Shown: one piece after another, positions 25,757-37,779 of the stretch
Position numbering within the stretch: position 1 is the stretch's first letter
Layout of the letters: each line of letters begins with the position of its first letter
Assembly (NCBI GenBank): GCA_964016885.1
Contig: OZ024743.1
Span: 178,126,001-178,190,000 of the forward strand
Source: Eledone cirrhosa
Taxonomy: Eukaryota
Direction of reading: 5' to 3'
DNA: 64,000 nt
Program-made: the position numbers and the translations under genes
The notes under the pieces: model-generated
Databases searched by the model: none
Seen by the model: the letters and a program-made list of their open reading frames with translations, nothing else
What the model was told of the DNA's origin: nothing

Positions 25757-28700
25757 ATCATCATCATCATCGTTTAACGTCTATCTTCCACGTTAGCATG
25801 GGTTTAGACGGGAATTGTTCCACTTGAGGCAAGATTGGTCGTCTCACTCGTATAGGACTGTCTGGCGGGTTTTCTACGGTTGGATGCCCTTCCTAACACC
25901 AACCACGTTTACAGTGTGGACTGGGGGGTTTTACCGTGTTACCTACACGGCCACATTACAGCGTGGACTGTGTTTTTTTTGGTTGTGACACCTACACGAC
26001 CTCATTTATTTAGGACTGGATGTTGTGGTACCAACATAACTTTACAGAGAGAGGGTGGTGTTGATGGGGGTGGGGAATCGGGGGAGGGGAAGGGGGTGTA
26101 TATTTGATTAATAGGTGCCTACTGACTGTAGGTTTCGCTTTGTACTTAGGCGAGGCGGGTTTTCTGTATTACTGCGTAGCGCCAAAGATCTCGGTCCAAT
26201 GACATTGTCTTAGAGATGTGTAAGTGTGTAAGGTCGGAATTTATGAAATCGTCCCAGGTTATTCTGGGTCTGCCTACTCTGTAACTTCCGTTAATTTTGA
26301 TCGCCTGCACTTTTTTTTTATACAGCTGTCGTCTTTCATGCGCATCACGTTACCATACCAACGTAGTCTTCTCTCGAATAAACAGCATCTGATCCCCCTT
26401 ATACCTAATTTCTCACTTAGTTCACTTTGCTGTTCACGTATAGAGGCATTAAATTAATTGACCAGGTCATGAAGGTCACAAAAAAAGTTATGGCGCAACT
26501 GATCTAGACGAAATGCAGTTTGGGTTTGTGTCGGGTAAAAGTACGACAACTACAGAAGTACTTAGCTAAAAGTAAACCCCTATACTTAGCTTTTGTTATG
26601 GCGCAACTGATCTAGACGAAATGCAGTTTGGGTTTGTGTCGGGTAAAAGTATGACAACTACAGAAGTACCTAGCTAAAAGTAAACCCCTATACTTAGCTT
26701 TTGTTGACTTGGAGAAAGCCTTTGACAGAGATCCCGCGCCATTATCTGGTGGGCCCTTAGAAAACTAGGGGTTGATGAATGGCTTGTGAGAGCTATACAA
26801 GCCATGTATAAAGAAACAGTCAGCAAGGTTAGAATTAACAACGAATATAGTGAAGAATTTAGCGTAAAAGTTGGTGTCCGTCAGGGCTCTGTCCTTAGCC
26901 CCTCATATGTATTATTGCCCTTCAGGCTATAACAGAGGATTTCAAGACCGGCTGCCCATGGGAATTTCTCTATGCAGATGATCTAACGCTCATAGCTGAA
27001 TCGATGGCTGAACTAGAGAAGAAATTCCATTCATCAACCCCTAGTTTTCTAAGGGCCCACCAGATAATGGAGCGGGGTCTCTGTCAAAGGCTTTCTCCAA
27101 GTCAACAAAAGCTAAGTATAGGGGTTTACCTTTAGCTAGGTACTTCTCCTGTAGTTGTCGTACAAAGAAAAGGTCGTCTGTAGTACTTTTACTCGACACA
27201 AACCCAAACTGCATTTCGTCTAGATCAATTTTCTCTCTGATTAGTAAAGACAAAACCACGTTTATGGTATAAATGAAGTCGTAGACTAATATTCTATTAA
27301 GCTAAATATATTTGTTATAATTGATACTATTCAGAAAGACAAATAATAATAATCATGGCAATATCTGTATACAGCAACTACAACGGTACGCGATTGCGCC
27401 ATAACTTTTTCTGTGACCTTCATGACCTGGTCAATTAATTTAATGCCTCTATAGTTTCCTCCATCTAGTGCATCTCCTTTACCCTTGTAGCAGTTAATGA
27501 TGATGCTGCTACGCCAGTCATTAGGTATGACTCCGTTCTGTATGACTTGGTTTACTATCCGGGTGACCATAGTGTGTCCCACCGTTCCAGATGCTTTCAG
27601 CATTTCAGCAACTATCTCCGAAGGCCCAGCTGTCTTGCTTGTCTTCATATCTTTGATTGCCTTACTTATTATACTACCTTCAACTTGCACTGCTGGTCTC
27701 TCTATTGGATCGATGTGGGGCAGACTATCTTTGTCACATTTATTCTCCTCATTTAGTAGCCTCTCGTAGTGACATTTCCAAACTATCTTCTTATCAGCGT
27801 CAGTGATGGAAAGTACACCATCATCATTAAGGACACACTTCTCCCCGACAATATCACGGTTGACACATTGCCTAACAATCCTGAACACCTCACGTTTTTG
27901 GTCCTCGCGTTGTAGAACATGCTTGAACTTTCTTTCCTCTGCTTCCCTTCTTGCAAAGTACACTTGTACCCTAGCTTCCCTCCTGGCCACTTGATAATGT
28001 TCTCTACTTCCTCCCATCACGCCATACTTTCCAAGCCTGCTTTTTGGCCTTGATTGACTCCTCCACCTTACTGTTCCACCACCAAGTTACTCTCCTCCTG
28101 CCTATAGGTCTGCTCCAGCCACAGATTTCATCAAAGGTTAACTTTCAGGAATTCCCACTGTTCCTCTATATTGTACGACTCTAATTGCTCTTCCTGACTG
28201 TCAAAAGCATCAAGTAATATGCTTTTAAATTTATTACTGGCTGTGGGGTCCTTTAACTTCCATATTCTTCTCCTTAGGGTAGTCCTCCTCTGTTGTCGAG
28301 TACGTCTCGTCCTGACTAAGAGGTCGCTAACTATGAGGCTATGCTGGGAGGTGCATTCTTCATGAGGGAGGGATTTAGTGTTTACAACAGACACTCTGTC
28401 ACGTCTTCTGGTAAGGATATAATCTATCTGACTGGCATGTTCCCCTGATCTATAGGTGATCAAGTGATTGTCTCCTTTTTTGAAGTTTGTGTTACAGATA
28501 GTTAGGTTATTTGCGTCACAGAATTCCAGGATTCTGGAGCCCTCCTCATTTCTAGTACCAAACCCATAGCCTCCATGGATTCCGTCATAGCCGTCACAAT
28601 GTTGTCCAACATGACCATTTAGGTCACCAGCGATAATTATGTAGTCACTGTCGGTTATTTGGGAGGTAGTGAGCATTAACGACTCATAGAATCTGTCTTT

Positions 28701-29330
28701 TATAACACCAGGCAGTCCGGATTGGGGTGCATACGCGGATATTATTGTCACAGTAGTTCTATTTAGGACAAGTCTTATTTTAATTATTCTGTCGTTCACT
28801 CTATTTACGTCTATTATCTTATCTACCCATTTTTCTGCTAGCATGATTCCTACTCCACCCAGCCCATTGTTATTTCCCACCCAGAAAAGTTTATAGCATC
28901 GTTTTTTACCCACAATGAATCTAGCAGACCCACCCCTCCACTTGATCTCTTGAATACAGCAAACATCAACTTCCTTACGTTCAAGCATCTCTACAACCTC
29001 GTTAGAGCGACTTTTTAAAGTGCCTACATTCATGGTACCAACTCTGAAGTTTTGCATTGCGTTTGGTGGGTGGGAAGGATGAGGCGCAGGGAGGGGTGGG
29101 GGAGATGGGGTTATGTTAGCCATCCGCGGTCGAAATAAAGAGAAGGATTCTCGTCCGGCAACATGAGGTGAATTTATCTTTATCTTTGACATTGTCATAG
29201 AGTGTCCAGATTTTCAGACTCTCCAAAACTCCATAGTCCATCTAGCATATCGAAAAGCAACCAGGTCTAAACTTAAGAAGTGATAGCCCAGGCGGTGGTT
29301 TTATTAAAGAGATTGGTAGGAGAAACATAT
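25757..29330 (-). mobile_element. near full-length, rearranged RTE-clade LINE (APE endonuclease plus RT)
   Basis: ORF 28131..29198 has NVGTL, CIQE, SAYAPQ, GDLNGH, IDYIL and QHSL. RT pieces at 27331-28020 and 27041-27259. The YADD-containing segment 26442-27030 is inverted. The 3' UTR ends in an (ATG)n tail at ~25760. Confidence 0.92.
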
Positions 29331-30024
29331 TATAGCCGCTGATCTGCGAATTCGGTAAACATAAGTTCTGTGAAGACGCAGACGAGAGAGAGAGAGAAAA
29401 AAAATTCATACCGGCTTGGCCAAGAGTGCGCGAGAAAAGAAATCGGACAGGTCAAGCGGGAAGAAAGAGGAGTGGAGGAGAGGTAGTGACAGGGTATGAG
29501 TGAGTGAAAGTTGAGGAAGAGGCTAACAGAGAGAGAGACTGCTAGAAAGGGTAAAGATACAAAGAGAGAAACAGACGGGTGGCAGCAGAGGAAAAAATAT
29601 GTGTAAATATGATAATAATGGAGCTCTCTCGTCTGCGTCTTCACAGAACTTATGTTTACCGAATTCGCAGACCAGACCCCTTCTTCTTCCTCCAGTTAGA
29701 CCTGTGCGAAATTCCTTCCTTGCTCACATTTCAACCAGGTCTGATGGTCTTTATTCTCTAGTTCACGATTTTATCGAGTTTATATTCATAGAAATCTAGG
29801 ACTTGTCTCTTTCCTCTCACTTTCTGTTGCTTAAACCATTTTGTTTGTTCACCCTAACGTTCTCTATATTTACGTGTCCCAACGACTTTTTTTAGCCGTT
29901 GTTCGCACCAACCTGAGGTATATGGCCCTTAAAGCGATGAAATGCCTGGGACGGTTGGAGGGTCACTGATGAAGGACTCACTTTTTTATATGTAACCCAT
30001 TTGCAACGCCGCAGCTCCATTATT

Positions 30025-30118
<94 letters not shown>

Positions 30119-30203
30119 TACATATATATATACATATATATACATATATATATATACACACACACACATATATACACATACATACATATACATACATATA
30201 CAT

Positions 30204-30251
<48 letters not shown>

Positions 30252-30284
30252 GCACATACATATACACACACATATACATATATT

Positions 30285-30356
<72 letters not shown>

Positions 30357-30627
30357 TAACAGATTAAAGTTTAAGCAAAGAATCGCTGCTTTCACCCGTA
30401 ACGGGATTTTCTGAAACTAACAAAGTCAATCTGTAAACGCAGAAGTGGATATTTCAAAAAACGTTGCAACCGGAGGAAGACAGGAAGACGATACTTTGGT
30501 TCTTGGAAACGTTCCCTGGTTCTACGGTTCTTATATATTTGATATATATTTATCCTTATCGAGCCCTCTTTGGATTTTAGTCTTCAAATTTATTATTATT
30601 ACTATATATATATATATTTATATATAT

Positions 30628-31010
30628 AATCAAGGTCTAGCAAATAGAGAAAAAGTTTTAAAGTAAATTTTAAAAAATTCGCAATACTTACTATATGTGC
30701 CTTTACCGCGGTTTCATGCTCCAGAATAAAGAGAAAATCCAAGCGGAATTTCATTGAGAAGGGAGCAATCTTCAAAAGGCTCTTCTCCCTCGGAGAATAT
30801 AAAATTCCCGAGTTCAAATCACAAACTGACGCCATACAAAACCATTCCCAAAATGAGAGCAAATGATGACTGAAAGTGCCGTGTGCAAAGACAAAAGGCA
30901 GGGTGGGCAGGTCCATGTCCTGCCACTAGAAATAGCAGCAGTCCAAACGGCCAAAATGTTATCTCTACCTTAGGGGGAGATCAATAATAATAAAGTATGA
31001 ATTCCTACGT
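30628..31010 (-). mobile_element. non-coding HHR-bearing unit, permuted relative to 55267-55752
   Basis: High similarity to 55386-55752 plus 55267-55292. HHR at 30699-30780 with core TTGAAGA. Confidence 0.75.
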
Positions 31011-31148
31011 ATGTATATATATATACATACATACATACACACATACATACATATACACATACATACACATATATATATACACACATATACACATATATAT
31101 ACATACATATACTCCCAAACACATATATATATATATATATATATACAT

Positions 31149-31187
<39 letters not shown>

Positions 31188-31387
31188 CATACATACACAT
31201 ACATACACACATATATATATAAACACATATACATATATATATATATATACATATACATACATATATATATATACATACATATATATACATATATACATAC
31301 ACATACACACATATATACATATATATATACAAGCATATACATATATATATAATACAATAAGATGGTGAGGTTACATATATCGTTTAA

Positions 31388-31475
31388 TCATAATAATTAT
31401 TTCCACGGTTCTCCATGCAATCGAGATATCCTTCGTATATTTGCTGTTGATTATGAGAACGGTTTCCTCAGATGA
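31388..31475 (-). ncRNA. HHR with long stem II
   Basis: TCAT-CTGAGGA-..GTTCTC/GAGAAC..-GAAA-TAATTA-TT-ATGA. Confidence 0.65.
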
Positions 31476-31644
31476 AAATCGATATATTTGATATGTCGCT
31501 GGCAGGAAAACACACATCCTAGTGCCTGTGCGTCCAGCATACATATGAATTCCTTGAAGGGTTTCCCTGCCGTCGTGTTTGTTAGAAAAAGGAATCAACG
31601 AAAATAAGACGAAAAGAACGTAGTACTGTGTGCAACCAAAACCC

Positions 31645-32245
31645 AATCGGCCTTTCCCTGAGGCTCGGCCTCCGGATCTGCCAGCCACACAAATGTCGCT
31701 GCGGTTCGACCGTGGACTCTTTCGGCCTCCTCCCGCTTTCCTGTCCCCACAGTGCCGGCCGTATTCCACGCCATGTTGCCCTCAACGAGGTCATTAAGCA
31801 TGGCTTGGACGCTGCAGGCTTCCCTTCCCGCTCGAGCCCGTGTGGCTGGATCGAGGGGACGGTAAAAGGCCAGATGGCATGACCATCTTCCCGTTCCACG
31901 GTGGCAAACCCCTCGTCTGGGATGCCACTTGCACCGACACTTTCTGCAGCCGCAGCCTGGTTCAGTCTGAAACTGACCCAGGTTCTGCTGCACGTCGGGC
32001 TGAGGGTGCCAAACACCTCAAATACCGGTCGCTCTCCTACAGGTTTGCGGTCGTACCCCTGGCAGTGGAGACTTCTGGTGTCCTTGGCCTAAGGGCTACC
32101 TCCTTACTCAACGCCATAGGCGCTGAGCTGGTCAGCCGCAGGTGTTAACCCCGCGAGTTGGAGTGGCTTTTCCAGCGCGTCTCCCTTGCCATCCTCCGGG
32201 GAAACGCCTTCTCCATTCTGCCCACCGGGGCTGTGGCTGAGCCCC
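31645..32245 (+). mobile_element. CRE-like non-LTR 3' fragment (zinc knuckle plus RLE)
   Basis: LRLGLRICQPHKCRCG..LSC..RH..LN, DGKRPDG..WDATCTDT, K..KY..PLAVETSG and LFQRVSLAILRGNA. Confidence 0.82.
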
Positions 32246-32899
32246 ATCGCGTACCGTTGCAGTTGTTGCAGAAGAAACAGGAAGACAACAATTGGAAAGT
32301 AGACAGTTGAAGCAACACAAGGAGCTCTGAGAGGGGTGGGGTATATATTTAGTTGACGACCACCTATAGATAACAACTACGACAACAACAAAAACAACGA
32401 CGACGACAACTACAACAACAACAATGACAATAACATCAAACCGCCGACCAAAGTTGTCCACGCTGGTCACAATAGTCGTGGTGATACCACCCCCTATTGA
32501 CAACAACTAAAACAACAACTACAGTAAAACACTTACTACGACAACAACAACAGCAAAATCACAGACCAGCGTCGTGTATACAGGTCATAGTCGTCGCAGT
32601 GACTGTACCACCCTGTTGACCGTAAACAGTGATAACGCCAAAGCAATAAAAAGGAGTTTAGAGGTAGGTGGGTACTCAGAGTTGGTGGTATCAATCACCA
32701 TGACCATAAACAGCAACAACAACAAAGGCAACGGCAACAAGCACCAATACCGCCCATCACCCACCCCGTTCGTCGTAGTAGTGGTGGTATCATCTATGTC
32801 AGTATTAAGCCATTGGTATCACCAATAACAACAACAACACCAGCAATGACCCCACCACGGCGACGGCGGCAACAGGAAAAAAGCCACGCTTCCATGAAA

Positions 32900-35800
32900 A
32901 TTAAACTAACCACAATATTAGTCCGTTGAAACAAGGAAGTGAAAGTAGGATAGAAACATAGATGGGTATTTATATATATAAAAACATTCCCAGTTAATAC
33001 AATCCCCCTCTATCATTGTAAGGCACAAGGCCATATCATAGCATTCAGTCCGAATGATCATAGCATGATCATAGCATTCAGTCCGAACCATAGTGGCAAC
33101 AATACTACCAAAAGGGCTGTTAGGCCATGGAAGAGAGTTACGGGAAGCGAAAGTAGGAACAGGAACAAATAGAAGAAACGAGAACACATATAGAGAACAC
33201 AATAATAAAAGAACGGGACAAAATACATAAAAAACAACAGTAGAGACTCCAGGTGTGCAAAAAAAATATCTAAGGTTCGCCTGACGCTGGGGTTGCCGCG
33301 TGGCCATGCCCGGCTTCCACGGACAAGTTTGCAAAAGTCTTCAACTAGCACCACTACGTTGCTAGTCTATACAGTTTGAGGAAGGTTCCAGAAGACCTGT
33401 GGAGGCAGGTGCTGAAGAGGTTACTCCTTTTATTGATAACTTGAGCTCCCCTCTTGATTATTTCCATAATATCGGTGACACACAAATCGCACCAGTTATG
33501 TCCATCCTCTCTGTAGGGTTGGGCCGATGCTACCTTGGACCACGACAAGGTGAATTCTACGTAATCTTGTTTGAGACGCCACACTAGTTCCGAGAGGGCG
33601 GTGCTGTTTTTCTTATCAGCCCTCCTAAAGGTGTGACTGTGATGGTATCAGCGTTCCTTAAACTTATTAGCCGTGACTTCGATATAGGTGAAGGTATGGT
33701 TGTTGGTATTCACCCTACATTCATATACTAAGCCACTGACGAGGCACCTACTCTCTAGGGGCAGCTATCGGGGTTTCTACAATTACTGCCCGGAGGGGTG
33801 TTTCCGCCTGTATCACCGGAACGCGTTGCATGATTCCCCGGTCTGTCACGGTCCAAGATGTTACCAACAGAGGAAGAGGTATTTGCGTGGTGCGCCTCCT
33901 CACGGTTGCCGTCTCCCCTGGAGTTGCGGACGTTTTTTAATCTACTGCGGTTCAAGGCTTCTATATTTTGTGCTAGGTTTCTAGGTTTAATCGTGTGCCT
34001 GTTGAAGATGGCATGGTACCGGGGTTGCTTATGGAAGTGCTAATCCAAAGCCCTGAAGAAAGAGGCCGCTATGTTGTTGCGTAAACAGACGCAGAAGGGG
34101 GGGGGGGTTAAACCAAATGACATTACGGGAACGGGTTCGTTTCTTGTTGTAGTCACCAGTCCCTGTATCCGTTCCGTCAGAGTACGTGTTATGTATTCGC
34201 TGTGGACGTCTGAAATAGCCATGCGCCCCCAATTCGTCGCTGCCCGTGGGGTTGGTTACACCGATCGGAGCACCCCGAACTGAGTGCTCCCGCTCATAGC
34301 GAGGGAGGTGGTTTGTACCTTCCACGCTCACTCCCGGGCCCACACATGTCCCCCGCGGCTCCACCGCGTCGGCTTCCCTGCTTTCCAAAGTAGGCGAGGT
34401 CCAGTCCCTTCCTGATAAGCCATGGTTAACAGTTCCTCCAGAATTACTCTGTAGTGTGGTATCAGGGACGAGTAATGAAGCCATAGTCGTGTTGGTCCAG
34501 TCGTTGATTCCTACTGATGTGTTACTGTCCGCGATACTGTAATTCATTAGACTGGGTATAAACTTAATTCCTTCCTTGTACCCAGCATTACTATGGGCAT
34601 TATTATAGTAGCTAGCTGACATAGAAGAAATCCTACGGGATACGCTATTAACTATAGCCCTCCTGACTGATCCGGGATGGTTGGAGTTGGCATTCACGTA
34701 CTTGAGGCACTCGTACGGGTAGTAGAGGTCGGATTCTAGATTGAGGGTAAGATGTAGGAAGGTGACTACCTTTCTATTATTTTCTATGTCTATGCTGAGG
34801 CCTAGGTTTTTGAAAAATGTAATCAAGCTCTTTCTAGTCCTATTTAACATGTTGCTGTGGTCGAGTAGCGCAAACATTGCATCGTCCGGTATATTCCACC
34901 GCCTAACGATGGGATGTCAAAATTGTCCGGCCACTCTCTCCTAGTCCAGAGTTCACCGTCGAAACCTATCAGTGTCTTCCTGGCAGTGTGAATAATGTTA
35001 ATTTCATGCCTGGTTAAATCAGTATGCTTGCGTGCAAAAATAAGTGCCTTGTTAAGAACCACCGGCGATATGGATGCATAATAGTTACATATATCTAGCT
35101 GTATAAAATTTGTCCTACCTTTGCACTGCAGGCCGTTAAACCACTCAATCACTTCCCCCGTTCTGGACCATTGCTGTAATTCTAAGGGTTGGTAAGATTC
35201 TGTCCAGTATTTTCTTGCTAATACACCCAATGTCAGACTTTGATGGTACTATAAGTCTGATTAGGAGTTCTGTTCCGAAGTTCGGTTTGTGATCCTTCAG
35301 CAAGATACGGGGTTCTTTGAGTTGGTAAGGCTCGGTCCTATCCGTAATGCTGAGTTTATTTACTAGTCTATTAGTCCGCTCGTTAATGTCGTCAAGGTTA
35401 GTCAGTGTAGTTTTTCTGTAATTCTTTCTAAGTTGCTTAAGTATTAGTTTTCTATAAGTTGCCGCATCCAAGTTATAGAGGTTACCCGTTTTATCTGCAT
35501 GAACGAGAATTCCTTCTGAGCATTTTAGTGCAGAGATCCTATTCGCCAGTTTCTTGAAGTGATGTTGCTCCCTAGATGGGAACCTGTTGAATTTGACACC
35601 TGAAATAATATTGGCCATCTCTTTCTCAAAGTCCTCTATAAGTTTGTTTTGCGGTGGGTTTTTTCTAGATTTAAAACCGAACGTAGAGTCGGGGATGCCA
35701 CTGTTCACATCATTCGTAGGGGTTTTCCTATCATAGTGGAAGGCCTTCCATCGCATTCTGCGTACAAACGAGTCTGTTGTAAGGATTAACTCTCTGGTGC

Positions 35801-35905
35801 ACTCCTTTTTGCTGAGTAACGGAATGTCCTTCAGGGACTCGGAGATGTTAGAAGATTGAATCCTATTTTCAGCTCCTTATTCTCAAAGTGCTCAACAGTG
35901 CTGGA
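32900..35905 (-). mobile_element. near full-length decayed Naiad-type PLE
   Basis: SLKDIP..RRMRWKA, ADKTGNLY, KDHKPNF..RLI, QLDICNYY, frameshifted YRDD, SNHP, VIWFNPP, C4 linker, GIY-YIG and CDLC. Confidence 0.92.
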
Positions 35906-35933
35906 GCTGTATATATATATATATATATATATA

Positions 35934-36730
35934 TCACGATAAATTAACGGAGCCATAGACTCTCGTTATTCCCTGTCAATAATGTGCTCAAAGAAAAAGG
36001 AATCCTGAGCTCTTTAAAATACAATATGTTGAGAAGGTAACACACTAGAGAGAGATAGTACGCCATCAATAAAACAGGGAAAACCACCAGTGTATGGAAT
36101 CTAATCTCTATGGAAGGCAGGGTAGACACAATAATTAAAATTATAAATTAAAATGTATATACGCAACTCTATAACTATATAACACACGCGTACAAATCCA
36201 AAGAGATCTGTTTCGCCAGGAAGTTGTTGACTGAAATGGAATAACCCATGGTTCATCAGCGCGTGCAAGACTATACATTCCAGACAACTCTAAGAGAATC
36301 TAAAGCGACCGTCCAGCTACACGCGGCAGAGAGATGTCACAGCGTGTTTAGGGCAGTAAACCAGTGGTATCTGAGGAACGAGCTGCTAGAAAGGGCAGCC
36401 CAAAAACCACTCAAAGAAGTGTGCTCAACCAAACAGAGAGAGAGAAAAGACTGTTATAAGGAGCGAAATATCACGATAAATTAACGGAGCCATAGACTGT
36501 CGCTATTCCCTGTCAATAATGTGCTCAAAGGAAAAGGAATCCTGTGCTCTTTAAAATACAATATGTTGAAAAGGTAACACACTAGAGAGAGAGTGCGCCA
36601 TCAATGAAACAGGGAAAACTACCAGTGTATGGAATCTTATAGATTCCATACTTCTCGTGGTTTTCCCTGTTTTATTGATGGCGTACTATCTCTCTCTAGT
36701 GTGTTACCTTTTCAAAATATTGTATTTTGT
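35934..36730 (-). mobile_element. non-coding HHR unit with terminal direct repeat and inverted 5' tip
   Basis: 35934-36102 is repeated at 36470-36637. 36640-36730 is inverted. Flanked by (TA)n. Confidence 0.75.
36185..36265 (-). ncRNA. canonical-core HHR with full stem III
   Basis: CACGCG-CTGATGA-ACCA..TGGC-GAAA-CAGATC/GATTTG-TA-CGCGTG. Confidence 0.85.
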
Positions 36731-36786
36731 ATATATATATATCACAGAAAAAAAAGAATCAGTGTTGCGACGAAAGGAATTTATTG

Positions 36787-36881
36787 GACATACTACAATT
36801 GTTTCTCGGGTGACCAGCTCGAGGCACGATTGATGTGGTGATCAAACCTGACTCTGAAATGGCGCGGTCCTCGGATACGTC
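36787..36881 (-). ncRNA. HHR (CCGAGGA core)
   Basis: GACGTAT/GTATGTC stem I and GAAA-CAATTG-TA. Stem II is imperfect. Confidence 0.6.
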
Positions 36882-37779
36882 TCGATTCTACGAAGCAGAT
36901 TTTCCTATTGCCCTTTAACATTGAATTCTTTCGTTTGTTGATTTAGATCCTGTTATTGGCATTCCATGAGTGGTCAAGAATTGTACACCGGTATTTCTAG
37001 CCACTCATGGTTGCGCACTGTTTGGTTCTTCTCCTTCTCCACCTGTCAATCAAAATTTCACCATATATCAGAATTACTACTGTGGTGGGAGAGGGGCTGT
37101 AATCTTGAACGGCTGGCATCACTTCGACTTCTTCATTGTCCTTAGGCGCCCTCGTCCACAACGGTCAGGTACACACCCGCAATTATGTTGTATGCGGCAT
37201 TCATTGTAAATAATGTTTGGAGGGAATTTAAAAAAAAAAAAATTATAGGGGTATTTAGCATAACATTTCTAGGACACAGCCCTAGAATACCCTCCACCAT
37301 ACATATTTCAAAAAGAAAAAGAAAAAAAACCTGTATTAAGAACGTTATTAAATGAAAGCTTGCAACCGCCTTTCAAACATAAAGGCTGTATCAAAGGTGT
37401 TTTCAACAAATACACCCAAGTCTACACTCACACACTGGACTCAGAGAATCGCGCATAGCCAAGACGCCGCACATATACGGACAGATGAAAAAAGAATACA
37501 ACTGTTAGAACATGTTTATACAAACGCACCTACGTACGTTTCACCCGAAAAGTGCTTCTCAAGGGCATACAAATCTATAGAGTGTTCAATACAGAACCCA
37601 GAAGGGGTTTTAAGATGATAAACACATCGATGTTCAAGCTTGATTCAAACAGACATGGTTGTTTGTATCACAGAGCAAGGGGAGTAACTCTGACCGATGT
37701 TTGAATAACTGTCCCTAAATGGCTTATTATAATAAGCCATTTAGGGACAGTTATTAATTATCGGTTCACATGATGATTG

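Noticed and set aside
29105-29200. HDV-like ribozyme at the RTE 5' end
   Set aside because: Plausible for RTE elements, but I could not build the nested double pseudoknot by eye.
29908-29980. HHR-like cores (also 43234, 47833-47868 and 19864)
   Set aside because: The core or GAAA/UH half is missing or too degenerate to call.
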